Source of the DNA: Thermomicrobiales bacterium
GTDB taxonomy: Bacteria > Chloroflexota > Chloroflexia > Thermomicrobiales > UBA6265
NCBI GenBank assembly: GCA_965218235.1
Contig: OZ244595.1
Location: forward strand, 1,702,561-1,766,560
Direction: 5' to 3'
Length of the DNA: 64,000 bases
Part shown: positions 1 to 9,021 of the stretch, piece by piece
How the letters are laid out: each line of letters opens with the position of its first letter
Position numbering within the stretch: the stretch's first letter is position 1
Made by a program: the position numbers and the translations under genes
Notes under the pieces: model-generated
Seen by the model: only the letters and a program-made list of their open reading frames with translations
Databases searched by the model: none
What the model was told of the DNA's origin: nothing

Positions 1-2051
1 TCCTCTCCCCCGCCCTGCTCTACTACACCCGCTTCATCCGCCACGACCCCTATACCGTCGTCGGCACCCTCTTCCTCCTGATCGCGCTCTTCCGCTTCAT
101 CGAACACCCCCAGCGCCGCTGGCTCGTCCTCGGCGGCGCCATGCTCGGCCTCCTCGCTACCAACCACGAGATCGTCTTCGCCCTCGCCGCCCTCTTCGCC
201 GGGCTGCTCGCCCTCGCCCTGCTCGCCGGACCGCTCCGCCCCCTGATCCCGGTCGTGCTGGGCGGCGGCGGCCTCGGCGGCCTCGTCCTGCTGCTCCACC
301 GCGCCCGTCCCGCCGCGCTCGGCGGTCCGCTGCCCGCCATCCCCTGGGACCGCTCCGGTCCGCCCGCCCTCCAGCCCACCCCCGCCCACCAGCGCCAGTT
401 CTACACGGACCTGCTCAGCCATCCCCTGATCCTGAGCCTGCTCGCGGTGCTGGTGCTCACCCTCGTCGCCGCCTGGCTCGTGCTGCGCCGGCTGACGCTG
501 CCCGACGCCAAGGCGCCCGACGCCGCCGGCTCCCCGACCGGCTGGGTGGCGGTCCGGTTCCACGACGCCGCGCCGGGCACGATCGGGGCGGCCGTCCGGG
601 CGGCCTGGGCCGACCGGGTCGGGCTGCAGCTGGCGGTGCTGGTGGCGGGGGTAATCGGGGTGACGCTGTTCACGACCGTCTTCACGAACCTGGGCGGGCT
701 GGCGACGGGGACGGTGGCGACGGACGGGACGCTGCTGTACTGGCTGGGGCAGCAGGGCGTGCGGCGGGGGGAGCAGCCGTGGTTCTACTTCCTGGTGCTG
801 GCGCCGCCGTACGAGCTGGTGGCGCTGGGGCTGGGGCTGCCGGCGATCGCCCTAGTACTCTGGCGCGGCGTGAGAGTGGCGTTGCGGCGGCGGCGGTTCG
901 CCGCCGACCCGGCGCTGACGTTCCGCCTCTTTCTGGTGGGCTGGGCAGTGGGGATCACGCTGGCGCTCTCGTATGCGGGGGAGAAGATGCCGTGGCTGAT
1001 CGTGCATCTGACGCTGCCGCTGCTGCTGCTGGCCGCGAGTCTGGTCAACGAGCTCCTCGCCCGGTGGCGAATCGGCCGCCCGACCGTCGCCACCAGCACT
1101 GAACCAGTCCGTCCTGTCACCCGACGATTCACCCGACCCGGTGGGCTGACGAGTCGCTGGCTGTTGCCCGTCGTTGGCGGTGGGCTGGTCGTCCTTGGCG
1201 GGGCGTGGCTGCTGACCGCCGCCCGGCTCACCGCTCCCCGATTCGTCGAGACCGGAAATCAGGTCACCGAGGTGATCGCGCCAGCCAACCTCGCTGACTG
1301 GTGGCGGCTCGTCGTCCCACCGGTCGCCGCGGTCGTCCTGATCGGGCTGGCCGTCTGGCTCGGCGGCGCAACCCGGGCGGCTCGCGCCACGATGGCTGCC
1401 CTCGTGGTTGGGCTGCTGCTGCTGCAGGTCCACGCCGGCTTCCGACTCAGCTACACCGACGGCGATGTCGCCCGCGACAGTCTGATCTACAACACCACCA
1501 CCCCGGATGTGTCCCGGATGGTCTCGGACCTCGAGCGGCTCTCCTACGAGATCAACGGTGACCGCAGCCTCGCCATCCAGTACGGCGACGACGTCAACTG
1601 GCCGCTGTACTGGTACCTGCGAAACTTCGACGGCGGTTTCTACGATGCGAGCGTGAAGCCGACTGCCGATACGCCGATCATCATTTTGCCGTCGAAGGCC
1701 GCCGGTCAGTACCGCGATCAGCTCAGCGGGACCTACACCGAGCAACAGTACGTCCTACGCTGGCACGAGCCCGAGAGCGCGATCTACCGCAACTTCGCCA
1801 TTGCCCCGGAACTCCCGCCTGGCCGCTCGGCCTGGCGAAACATCGAAGATCCCCATGGGATCGGCGCGATCCTCGGTTCCATCTGGGACAGCGTCATGAC
1901 CCAGACGAATGCCGCCGGTCAGCAACGGCTCTGGCGGATCATCTTCTTCCGGGAGATGCCTGAACCGACGATCAACTTCGGGTACTCGATCTTCGTCAGA
2001 AACGACCTCGTCCCAACCTACAACACGATCCACTATGACGAACCACGCTAG
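1..2051 (+). CDS. polytopic membrane protein, GT-C / TIGR03663 (Agl23)-like putative glycosyltransferase; 5' end cut by window edge
   Basis: The frame of ORF 141..2051 stays open back to base 3 (LSPALLYYTRFIRHDPYTVVGTLFLLIALF...). Many hydrophobic spans. Motif QPWFYFLVLAPPYELVAL has a counterpart in the next gene. Soluble C-terminal part (WPLYWYLRNF...). Confidence 0.6.
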   Translation, partial: LSPALLYYTRFIRHDPYTVVGTLFLLIALFRFIEHPQRRWLVLGGAMLGLLATNHEIVFALAALFAGLLALALLAGPLRPLIPVVLGGGGLGGLVLLLHRARPAALGGPLPAIPWDRSGPPALQPTPAHQRQFYTDLLSHPLILSLLAVLVLTLVAAWLVLRRLTLPDAKAPDAAGSPTGWVAVRFHDAAPGTIGAAVRAAWADRVGLQLAVLVAGVIGVTLFTTVFTNLGGLATGTVATDGTLLYWLGQQGVRRGEQPWFYFLVLAPPYELVALGLGLPAIALVLWRGVRVALRRRRFAADPALTFRLFLVGWAVGITLALSYAGEKMPWLIVHLTLPLLLLAASLVNELLARWRIGRPTVATSTEPVRPVTRRFTRPGGLTSRWLLPVVGGGLVVLGGAWLLTAARLTAPRFVETGNQVTEVIAPANLADWWRLVVPPVAAVVLIGLAVWLGGATRAARATMAALVVGLLLLQVHAGFRLSYTDGDVARDSLIYNTTTPDVSRMVSDLERLSYEINGDRSLAIQYGDDVNWPLYWYLRNFDGGFYDASVKPTADTPIIILPSKAAGQYRDQLSGTYTEQQYVLRWHEPESAIYRNFAIAPELPPGRSAWRNIEDPHGIGAILGSIWDSVMTQTNAAGQQRLWRIIFFREMPEPTINFGYSIFVRNDLVPTYNTIHYDEPR

Positions 2052-2125
2052 CGATTCCAGACCGATTCCGTTCCATGTCCTGAAGCCTGCCGCCAATCGC
2101 ACCCAAGACACCAGGAGAAGACGAC

Positions 2126-5100
2126 GTGCAGACGCCGTTGCCCGGCTCATCCGTCCAGCCCACGTTCCGCGAGCAGGAATCACCGACACATGGCCTCCTG
2201 GACCGGACGATCAGCCTCTCGGGCATATCGCTCTATAGCGTCGCATGGCTGGTGATCGGCCTCATTGCCGTCGCGCTCCGGCTCATCCACCTCGACCGTT
2301 TTGCCCTCTCGCCCTCCGAGGCAATGCTGGCCTTCGACGGCTGGAACCTCTACAGCGGGACTCCACTCGACCCGGGCCAGTCGCTGCCGAACACTCAACC
2401 GCTGATCGTGCTTCTCGAGTCTCTGTCGTTCTTCCTGTTCGGCGCCAACGACGTCGCCGCCCGGATCTTCCCGGCGCTGGCCGGCATCGCGTTCTTCCCG
2501 GTGGTCGCGATGCTCCGGCCGGTCGTCGGCCGGGCAGCCACGATCGGGATGGCGCTCTTCGTCGCGATCTCGCCGACCATGGTCTACACGTCGCGGCTGG
2601 TCGATGGCAACATCCTGCTCGCCCTGTCAGCGCTGCTGATCGTCGTGGCAGTTTGCCGGGCCGGGGTAGCAGTACGCTCGGGTGGTCGGGTCGGGCGCTG
2701 GGCCGCCACGGCCGGTCTGAGCCTGGCGCTCCTGCTGGCCAGCGGGCCGGAATCGGTCTCGATCCTGATCGCTCTCGCCGTTGGGCTCATTGTCTCGGTC
2801 GTGCTCGATCCGGACCGGGCGACCGTCACGGCTGGGGACAGAGCACACCATCAGCCCGCCCCGTCCCGCAACTCGCTTACGCTCGGAATCAGCTCCCTGA
2901 CCACGGTGCCAGCCAATCTGATCGTCGTCCTGGTCGCGTTCGTCATCACGGCCCTGACGATCTTCACCCGCCTCTTTAGCGACCTCTCCGCGATCGCTGG
3001 CCTCGGCGACCTCTTCGTCGACTGGGGTCGTCTGATCGGATCCGGCGCTCCGGCGGTCCCGACTCAGTACTACCTGCTGGTCGTCCTGCTCTACGAACTC
3101 CTTGCGCTGGTCTTCGCGGTGGTCGGAATCACGATGCCGCGCCCCGGCGACGCGGTCCCCGAACCAGACGACCGGAACCCCGACGTTCATCTCCAGTGGC
3201 CCTTCTTTGTCGGCTGGTTCGCGGGGACGCTCGTCCTGTTCGCCTTCAGCAGTGGTCGAGACGCGAACGGCACCATCCAGGTCGTGCTGCCGCTCCTCCT
3301 GATCGCCGGCATCGGGCTGGGCCGACTCGTCGAAACGATCGACTGGCGGGCCGTCAGCCGCGGCGGAGCCTTCCTCCTGATCGGCGCGGCGCTCGGGATC
3401 GTCGCCGGGCTGGTGGCGACGGCCGTCCTGGCGAGTGACGGGGAGCGGGCCAGCGCCAGCACGTCGTCCGCAGTCCTGCAGATCGTCGTCGTCCTGGTCA
3501 TGGTCGTCGGCGGGATGATCTACTTGTCCATCGCCGTCGCCGGCAACCTCCGTCGCCAGGGTTACCCGATCCAGTTCGGCCGGATGATCCTGATCGCCGT
3601 CCTGCTCCTGCTGGGAGCGATCACGATCCGATCGACCACCGAGCTCAACTCCTACAACCTCGCCAGCGGCGACGAGCTGATCGCCCAACAGACGCCGACG
3701 GAGGCCGTCCCGGCGCTGGTCAACCGGCTGAAGGTCCTGTCCCGCGACGTCAGCGTCAACCGGACCGACGTCACGGATCCCCTTGGACAGCACAGCCTGC
3801 GGCTCCTGATCGACCCGTCGGTCGAGTGGCCGTTCCGTTGGTACTTCCGCGAATACACCGCCCTGACGATCGGACCGCCCAGCGACGCCACGGCGGTGGA
3901 CGCCGAAGTCATCATCGGTCCCGAGGGCAGCGCGGTCGACAGCGCCGGCTACACCCCGCAGACGTACACGTTCCTCAATCGGGTACCGGCCGCCTACGCG
4001 CAGCCCAGCTTCGGCGACGTCCTCCGCAACGTCTTCGTACCGACGAACTGGGACACCGGAACCCGGTTCCTGTTCTTCCGTGAGCTCCAGGAGCCGGCCG
4101 TACCAACGAGCCTGGTCGTCGGCTACGACTCCAGCCTCAGCACCCGCCTGTTCCAGACGTCGGCTCCGACCAACCTCTTCTCGCAGTCCGGGTTCGGCAG
4201 CGGCGACGGGCAAGTGAACGAGCCAAGAGGGATCGCCGTCTCGAACGACGGCGAGACGATCTACGTCGTCGACTCGCTCAATGCCCGCGTCGAGCTCTTC
4301 GACCCGGCCGGCACCTTCATCAGTTCGTGGGGCGGGGTGAACAGCGCCAGCGACCTGACGCTTGGTTTGTTCCAGCCGTCCGACACGGCGACGTTCGGCG
4401 CCGGCGACATCGTCTCGGGCCCCAACGACCTGGTCTACGTGGCCGATACCTGGAACCACGTCGTCGTCGTCGTCTCCCCGGACGGTGAGGTGATCCGGAG
4501 CATCGGTGTCCCCGGCGAGCCGGTCGACCTCGGCGACGACCCAGCCAACGTCGGGGCCGAGCCCGGTACCTTCTTCGGGCCGCGGGCGGTGGCTGTCACC
4601 GATAGCGAAATCTACGTCACCGATACCGGGAACGAGCGGATCCAGGTCTTCGGTCTGGATGGAACGTTCCTTCGCGCCTTCGGCGGATTCGGCACGGAGC
4701 CAGGGCACCTGATCGAGCCGGTCGGCGTCGCGGTCGACGAATCGGGAATCGTCTACGTCGCTGACTCCGGCAACGCCCGGATCAGTGTCTTCTCGTCCGA
4801 CGGCACCCCGCTGACCCAGTGGCCGGTCGACGAGTGGTCGGACTACCGGTACGACCCGGCGACGGACTTCCGCCCCAACTTCGAACCCAATCTCTTCGCC
4901 GGTCCGGACGGCCTGATCTACGTGACGTCCCGCATCACCTCGTCGGTTCTCGTCTTCACGCCCGATGGGCAGCGGGTCGGCAACCTGACCGCCATCGGCG
5001 GTCAGGACCTCCTCGCGCCCGTCGGGATCACCATCTCCGATGATGGCAATCTTTACGTCACGGACGTCGAGGCGAACGATGTCCTTCAGGAGCCGATAAG

Positions 5101-5308
5101 CCAGCTCGGTCTCGACGTCAGGCAACCGCCTCCGATCGACGCGACACCCGAGAACGTGACCGGAGCGACCCCGGCCGCCTCCGATCTGGCGCCGCGGCCG
5201 TCTGGGTCGGATCAACCGGTCCGATCGCTGCCGATTTTGGCGACTCCGGAAATCGGCACGCCAGCCGCGACGCCGGCCGATGTCGCGACGCCGGTCCAGT
5301 CAACTTGA
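2126..5308 (+). CDS. GT-C / TIGR03663-like polytopic membrane protein fused to a C-terminal six-blade NHL-repeat beta-propeller and a Pro/Thr-rich tail
   Basis: GTG start at 2126, 5 nt after AGGAGAAG. The N-terminal half has many TM spans and the motif PTQYYLLVVLLYELLALVF. The C-terminal half has six NHL-like repeats, e.g. GIAVSNDGETIYVVDSLNARVELFDPAGTF, PRAVAVTDSEIYVTDTGNERIQVFGLDGTF and PVGVAVDESGIVYVADSGNARISVFSSDGT. Confidence 0.75.
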   Translation: MQTPLPGSSVQPTFREQESPTHGLLDRTISLSGISLYSVAWLVIGLIAVALRLIHLDRFALSPSEAMLAFDGWNLYSGTPLDPGQSLPNTQPLIVLLESLSFFLFGANDVAARIFPALAGIAFFPVVAMLRPVVGRAATIGMALFVAISPTMVYTSRLVDGNILLALSALLIVVAVCRAGVAVRSGGRVGRWAATAGLSLALLLASGPESVSILIALAVGLIVSVVLDPDRATVTAGDRAHHQPAPSRNSLTLGISSLTTVPANLIVVLVAFVITALTIFTRLFSDLSAIAGLGDLFVDWGRLIGSGAPAVPTQYYLLVVLLYELLALVFAVVGITMPRPGDAVPEPDDRNPDVHLQWPFFVGWFAGTLVLFAFSSGRDANGTIQVVLPLLLIAGIGLGRLVETIDWRAVSRGGAFLLIGAALGIVAGLVATAVLASDGERASASTSSAVLQIVVVLVMVVGGMIYLSIAVAGNLRRQGYPIQFGRMILIAVLLLLGAITIRSTTELNSYNLASGDELIAQQTPTEAVPALVNRLKVLSRDVSVNRTDVTDPLGQHSLRLLIDPSVEWPFRWYFREYTALTIGPPSDATAVDAEVIIGPEGSAVDSAGYTPQTYTFLNRVPAAYAQPSFGDVLRNVFVPTNWDTGTRFLFFRELQEPAVPTSLVVGYDSSLSTRLFQTSAPTNLFSQSGFGSGDGQVNEPRGIAVSNDGETIYVVDSLNARVELFDPAGTFISSWGGVNSASDLTLGLFQPSDTATFGAGDIVSGPNDLVYVADTWNHVVVVVSPDGEVIRSIGVPGEPVDLGDDPANVGAEPGTFFGPRAVAVTDSEIYVTDTGNERIQVFGLDGTFLRAFGGFGTEPGHLIEPVGVAVDESGIVYVADSGNARISVFSSDGTPLTQWPVDEWSDYRYDPATDFRPNFEPNLFAGPDGLIYVTSRITSSVLVFTPDGQRVGNLTAIGGQDLLAPVGITISDDGNLYVTDVEANDVLQEPISQLGLDVRQPPPIDATPENVTGATPAASDLAPRPSGSDQPVRSLPILATPEIGTPAATPADVATPVQST

Positions 5309-5396
5309 GGGGCGACGGAGTGCCGGTACGCTGACAGCCCTCCCGGTGGTCGAAGCCGGTGCGGAGGAGCGCTTCGAACGGTGCGTCGACAAGCAA

Positions 5397-5442
5397 GAAC
5401 GGGCGGACGAAATGAATCGTCCGCCCGTTCGGCTATCTTTTG
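5397..5442 (+). terminator. rho-independent terminator after the NHL-fusion gene
   Basis: Perfect 14-bp stem GAACGGGCGGACGA / TCGTCCGCCCGTTC with a 6-nt loop, followed by GGCTATCTTTT. It lies between convergent genes. Confidence 0.7.
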
Positions 5443-5462
5443 GCCCGACAGTAACCGGTGGG

Positions 5463-6251
5463 CTACCCGACTGGGGTGGCCGCGGGGGTACCGGTGGTCG
5501 GGAGGCCTGCCTCGGGACTCCCGGCCCCAGGCGTCGCGGGCTCCACCATGCTCGCGGCGACCGGCGTTCCCGCCGTCGGGGTATCGACCAACGCCAGGAG
5601 CGGATTGGTACCATCCGCGCCCGCTAACGGGGTCGCATCTGAGGTAGTCGCGACGGCCGCCGGAGTCCCCGCGAGCGGACTTTCGATCGGGACCGGAGTC
5701 CCCGCGCCCGGAGTGTCGACCAGCGCCAGAAGCGGGTTGGTGCCCTCCTCGGAGACGGGGGTCGTTGCGCCCGTGACCGGTGTTCCGGCGTCGACCGGTG
5801 TCCCGACGATCGCCGGGAACTCGGCCGGTGTCGCTCCAACGGCGGGCGTGCCGCTCTCGATGGGGGTCGTCCCGGTGGCCGGGGTGGCGTCGTTGGTTAC
5901 CGGAACCTCGACCGGAGTCGCCACGGAGATCGGCGTTCCGGCGATGATCGGCGTTTCACTCGAAACCGGTGTTCCGGCGGAGATCGGTGCTCCGGCGGAG
6001 ATCGGCGTCCCGGCGGCAATCGGCGCTTCACCCGAGACCGGCGTTCCGGCCGCTGCTGGAGTGCTGGCGCTCGTTGCGGTGGTCGTCACGGGGGCCGTGG
6101 TGGCCTGGGCGGCGCCGCCCGCAGCGGTCGTCGCCGTCGGGTCCGCGTCATTGCCGCCGCCGCAAGCCGCCAGGACCGTCACGCTTACCGTTCCAACGGC
6201 GGCCAGCCTGGCAAAGCGACTCCATCTCACCGACTCGAACCCGTTGGCCAT
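5463..6251 (-). CDS. low-complexity secreted lipoprotein (Pro/Thr/Ala/Gly-rich)
   Basis: Internal ATG at 6251 is preceded by GGGAGAGGA. Signal peptide with lipobox (RLAAVGTVSVTVLAACGGG). The rest is GTP(V/I)-type low complexity with a duplicated block GTNPLLALVDTPxAGTPV. Confidence 0.6.
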   Translation of the reverse strand: MANGFESVRWSRFARLAAVGTVSVTVLAACGGGNDADPTATTAAGGAAQATTAPVTTTATSASTPAAAGTPVSGEAPIAAGTPISAGAPISAGTPVSSETPIIAGTPISVATPVEVPVTNDATPATGTTPIESGTPAVGATPAEFPAIVGTPVDAGTPVTGATTPVSEEGTNPLLALVDTPGAGTPVPIESPLAGTPAAVATTSDATPLAGADGTNPLLALVDTPTAGTPVAASMVEPATPGAGSPEAGLPTTGTPAATPVG

Positions 6252-6417
6252 GGTCAGTCCTCTCCCTGCGAAGCGTCGGCAGCCCGGATCACCCCACCGT
6301 GCCCGCGCCCGAAAAGGAGCTGCGGCGACGAACACGTCCTGTGAATACTGCACCCGCGCACAATAGCGTACCGAGCCGGATTCCAAAAGGGGCTCATCAT
6401 CGCCCGAGCCGGCGGCA

Positions 6418-6996
6418 TCAGGCAGTCCGCGGCGGGACCAATGGCTGGAACGGGACCAGCAGGGTGACACCGTAGATCAGCGGGACCGAGACGAGCGACA
6501 TGATCATCTTCACCAGATAATCGCCGGCAATCAGGTTCGGAATGGCGATCCCATCGACACCATAGAACGCCAGCAGGGTGAAGACGACCGTGTCGATCGC
6601 CAGGCTGACCGCGTTCGAGACCAGCACCAGCCGCCAGATCGGCCCGCCGAGCAGGAATGTCTGGAGACGGATGTCGACCGACGAAGCGACGACCAGGGAT
6701 GCCAGGCTGGCCAGGACGATCCGGCCGAGGCCGCCATCGAAGGTCAGCGTGTAGATCAGCGTTCCAAGAGCGCCGGCCGCGACCGCGATGATGGTCGCGA
6801 CCCGGCCGTGGTACCGGCGGATATAGTCGTCCAGCGTGTAGCCAAGGGCAAAGGTGAGCGTCCCGACCGCGAACGTCAGTGAACCGGCCTCGACGAACGT
6901 GGCGGCGTAGTAGTTGGCGACGAAGGCCAACAGGGCGGCGGCGGCGATACCGACGACCAGGGCGATCCGGCGCGATCGGAGACCGTGGCGAGTCAT
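6418..6996 (-). CDS. VUT-family (YhhQ-like) queuosine-precursor transporter
   Basis: Six or so TM spans. Motifs VSNAVSLAIDTVVFTLLAF and DYLVKMIMSLVSVPLIY resemble the YhhQ/DUF165 signature. ATG at 6996 has GGAG 7 nt upstream. Confidence 0.6.
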   Translation of the reverse strand: MTRHGLRSRRIALVVGIAAAALLAFVANYYAATFVEAGSLTFAVGTLTFALGYTLDDYIRRYHGRVATIIAVAAGALGTLIYTLTFDGGLGRIVLASLASLVVASSVDIRLQTFLLGGPIWRLVLVSNAVSLAIDTVVFTLLAFYGVDGIAIPNLIAGDYLVKMIMSLVSVPLIYGVTLLVPFQPLVPPRTA

Positions 6997-7136
6997 AACG
7001 CACTCCACTCAGCGACAGAAAAATGAAACCGACGGCGGCCAGGGGCCCGCGCTGCCGCGACGCATACGATACCCTTGCCGGCGCATCCAATCGAGGGCAG
7101 CGCCTCGATGCCGTCGCGTTCAACAGGGAGTCATCG

Positions 7137-8051
7137 TTGACCACACACGATCTCTTGCCGAAACGACCCATCGCCGACTACCGCGCCGAACTGGAGACGG
7201 CGATCGCGGCGGCCCGGGCGGGGGCCGCCGCGATCATGCCGGTTTACCGGGCTACGGACGGGTTCACCGCGGACGCCAAGCTGGACGGCTCGCCGGTCAC
7301 CGCGGCGGACCTCGCCAGCGACGCGGCGATCAGGGCGACGATCGTCGCCGCCTTCCCGGATGATGGGCTCCTTACGGAAGAGGTCACCGATGACGGCTCC
7401 CGTCTCCGGCACGAGCGGGTCTGGATCGCCGACCCCCTCGACGGTACGCGGGAGTTCGTCGCCCGATCCGACGACTTCGATGTCTTCGTCGGACTCGTCG
7501 TCGATGGTGAGCCGGTCGTGGCGGTCTCCTGCCACCCGCCGACCGGTCACTTGCTCTACGCGGTCGCGGGCCACGGCGCCTGGTCGCTTGGTTCCGACGA
7601 CTCCGTAACTGCCGTGACCCTGACTCGTCCGATCCATGCGCCCAGGATCGTGACCTCGCCTTACTTCGGCGCGCCGGCGATCGTGCCGTCACTCGAGGCC
7701 GCGCTGACCGAATTGCCGCTCGACCACATGGCAGTCATCGGGCCAGGCTTTCACCCGCGCCACTTCTTCCCGGCCAATGGTGGGCCACCGATGTTCGACG
7801 TCTTCATCGCAGGGAAAACCGACGGCTGGTTGTCCGGAGGCGAGTGGGACGCGGTCGTCAGCGACCTGATCGTCCGCGAGGCCGGCGGGATGTTCTCCGA
7901 CCTTTGGGGTGAGCCGTACCAGTACAACAAGCCGGTCGCCCGAAACGCATTCGGGTACGTCGCCTCAGTCGAGCCTCAACTCCACCTCGACGTGCTTGCC
8001 CACCTCAGCACGGCCCGACCAACGGACAAACCCGAACCAGGCGACTGGTAG
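7137..8051 (+). CDS. inositol monophosphatase / 3'(2'),5'-bisphosphate nucleotidase (CysQ-like) family protein
   Basis: Motifs SPVTAADLASD, LLTEE and WIADPLDGTREF are typical of the IMPase/CysQ family. A TTG at 7137 with AGGGAG upstream is the preferred start. The ORF is open from 7023. Confidence 0.75.
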   Translation: MTTHDLLPKRPIADYRAELETAIAAARAGAAAIMPVYRATDGFTADAKLDGSPVTAADLASDAAIRATIVAAFPDDGLLTEEVTDDGSRLRHERVWIADPLDGTREFVARSDDFDVFVGLVVDGEPVVAVSCHPPTGHLLYAVAGHGAWSLGSDDSVTAVTLTRPIHAPRIVTSPYFGAPAIVPSLEAALTELPLDHMAVIGPGFHPRHFFPANGGPPMFDVFIAGKTDGWLSGGEWDAVVSDLIVREAGGMFSDLWGEPYQYNKPVARNAFGYVASVEPQLHLDVLAHLSTARPTDKPEPGDW

Positions 8052-8054
8052 CGA

Positions 8055-8873
8055 TCAGTCCCGGTTGGCGATCCGCTCCCATGACGCCAGGTGATTCTGA
8101 ATTCCGGAAGCTGCCGGCTCATCCAGCACGACGGTCAGACGCGATCCAGCCCGGCGCATGAAGCTACCGGGAACGTCGGTGGTGGGCTCGTCGAGCAGTG
8201 TCCTGCGGACGATTCCGGCCTTGGCGACGCCCTTGACGAGGAGGAGGATCGAGCGTGCCTCCAGCAGGGTGCCGACGCCCATCGTCACCGCCTCGGCCGG
8301 CACCGGGCTATCCGCCGGCCAGGTCCTCCCGGTCTGCTCGACCGTCTCTTGGGAGAGTGTCAACAGACGCGTCCGGGAGTCGGCCGCGGAGCCAGGCTCG
8401 TTGAAGGCGACGTGGCCGTTGTCGCCCAGCCCGAGGACCGCCAGGTCCAGCCCACCCGCCCGATCGATCAGCGTCTCGAACGCCATCCCGGCCGCATCGG
8501 GGTCGTTCGCGGTGGCAGGGACCAGGTGGAAGCGGTCGAAACCGATCCCAGCCGTATCGAGCAGTTGCTCCCGGAGCCAGACGGCGAAGCTCTGCGGATG
8601 GTCGGCCGGCAGACTCCGGAACTCGTCCAGCTGGAACACCACGACGCCTTCGAGGCTGAACGCCTTGGCCGCGATCCGCTCGGAGAGGATGTGGTAGAGG
8701 CCGATCGGCGTGGCACCCGTTGGCAATGCGATCGTTCCGGCCTTGCCGGCCGTCACGGCGACCGTGATGACGTGGGCCGCGCGATCGTCCAAAGCGGTGG
8801 CCGATGCCACGATCTCGATGATCGGTCCCTCGGGATGCAGAAAGGTAGCCCGGGGCTGCTCCGTTGACGTCAT
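8055..8873 (-). CDS. nagB: glucosamine-6-phosphate deaminase
   Basis: Motifs LPTGATPIGLY, FQLDEF and LGLGDNGHVAFNEPGS match NagB rather than 6-phosphogluconolactonase. ATG at 8873 follows CAGGAGTG. Confidence 0.75.
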   Translation of the reverse strand: MTSTEQPRATFLHPEGPIIEIVASATALDDRAAHVITVAVTAGKAGTIALPTGATPIGLYHILSERIAAKAFSLEGVVVFQLDEFRSLPADHPQSFAVWLREQLLDTAGIGFDRFHLVPATANDPDAAGMAFETLIDRAGGLDLAVLGLGDNGHVAFNEPGSAADSRTRLLTLSQETVEQTGRTWPADSPVPAEAVTMGVGTLLEARSILLLVKGVAKAGIVRRTLLDEPTTDVPGSFMRRAGSRLTVVLDEPAASGIQNHLASWERIANRD

Positions 8874-9021
8874 GGCCGGCACTCCTGTGATTCGATGTTC
8901 AATGGAACGACGGGCCTCGGCGAGACCGTCGTTCAACGACGATGGCTCTGCGACGCCCGGTATGCTACCAACCTGAGCGTCGCGGTGACAGGAAACCAAC
9001 GAACAGGACGGGAACCGACCA

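Noticed and set aside
2627-5215. 862-aa ORF on the minus strand
   Set aside because: It is antisense to the GT-C/NHL gene. Arg/Asp/Gly-rich with no recognisable domains, so a GC-composition artefact.
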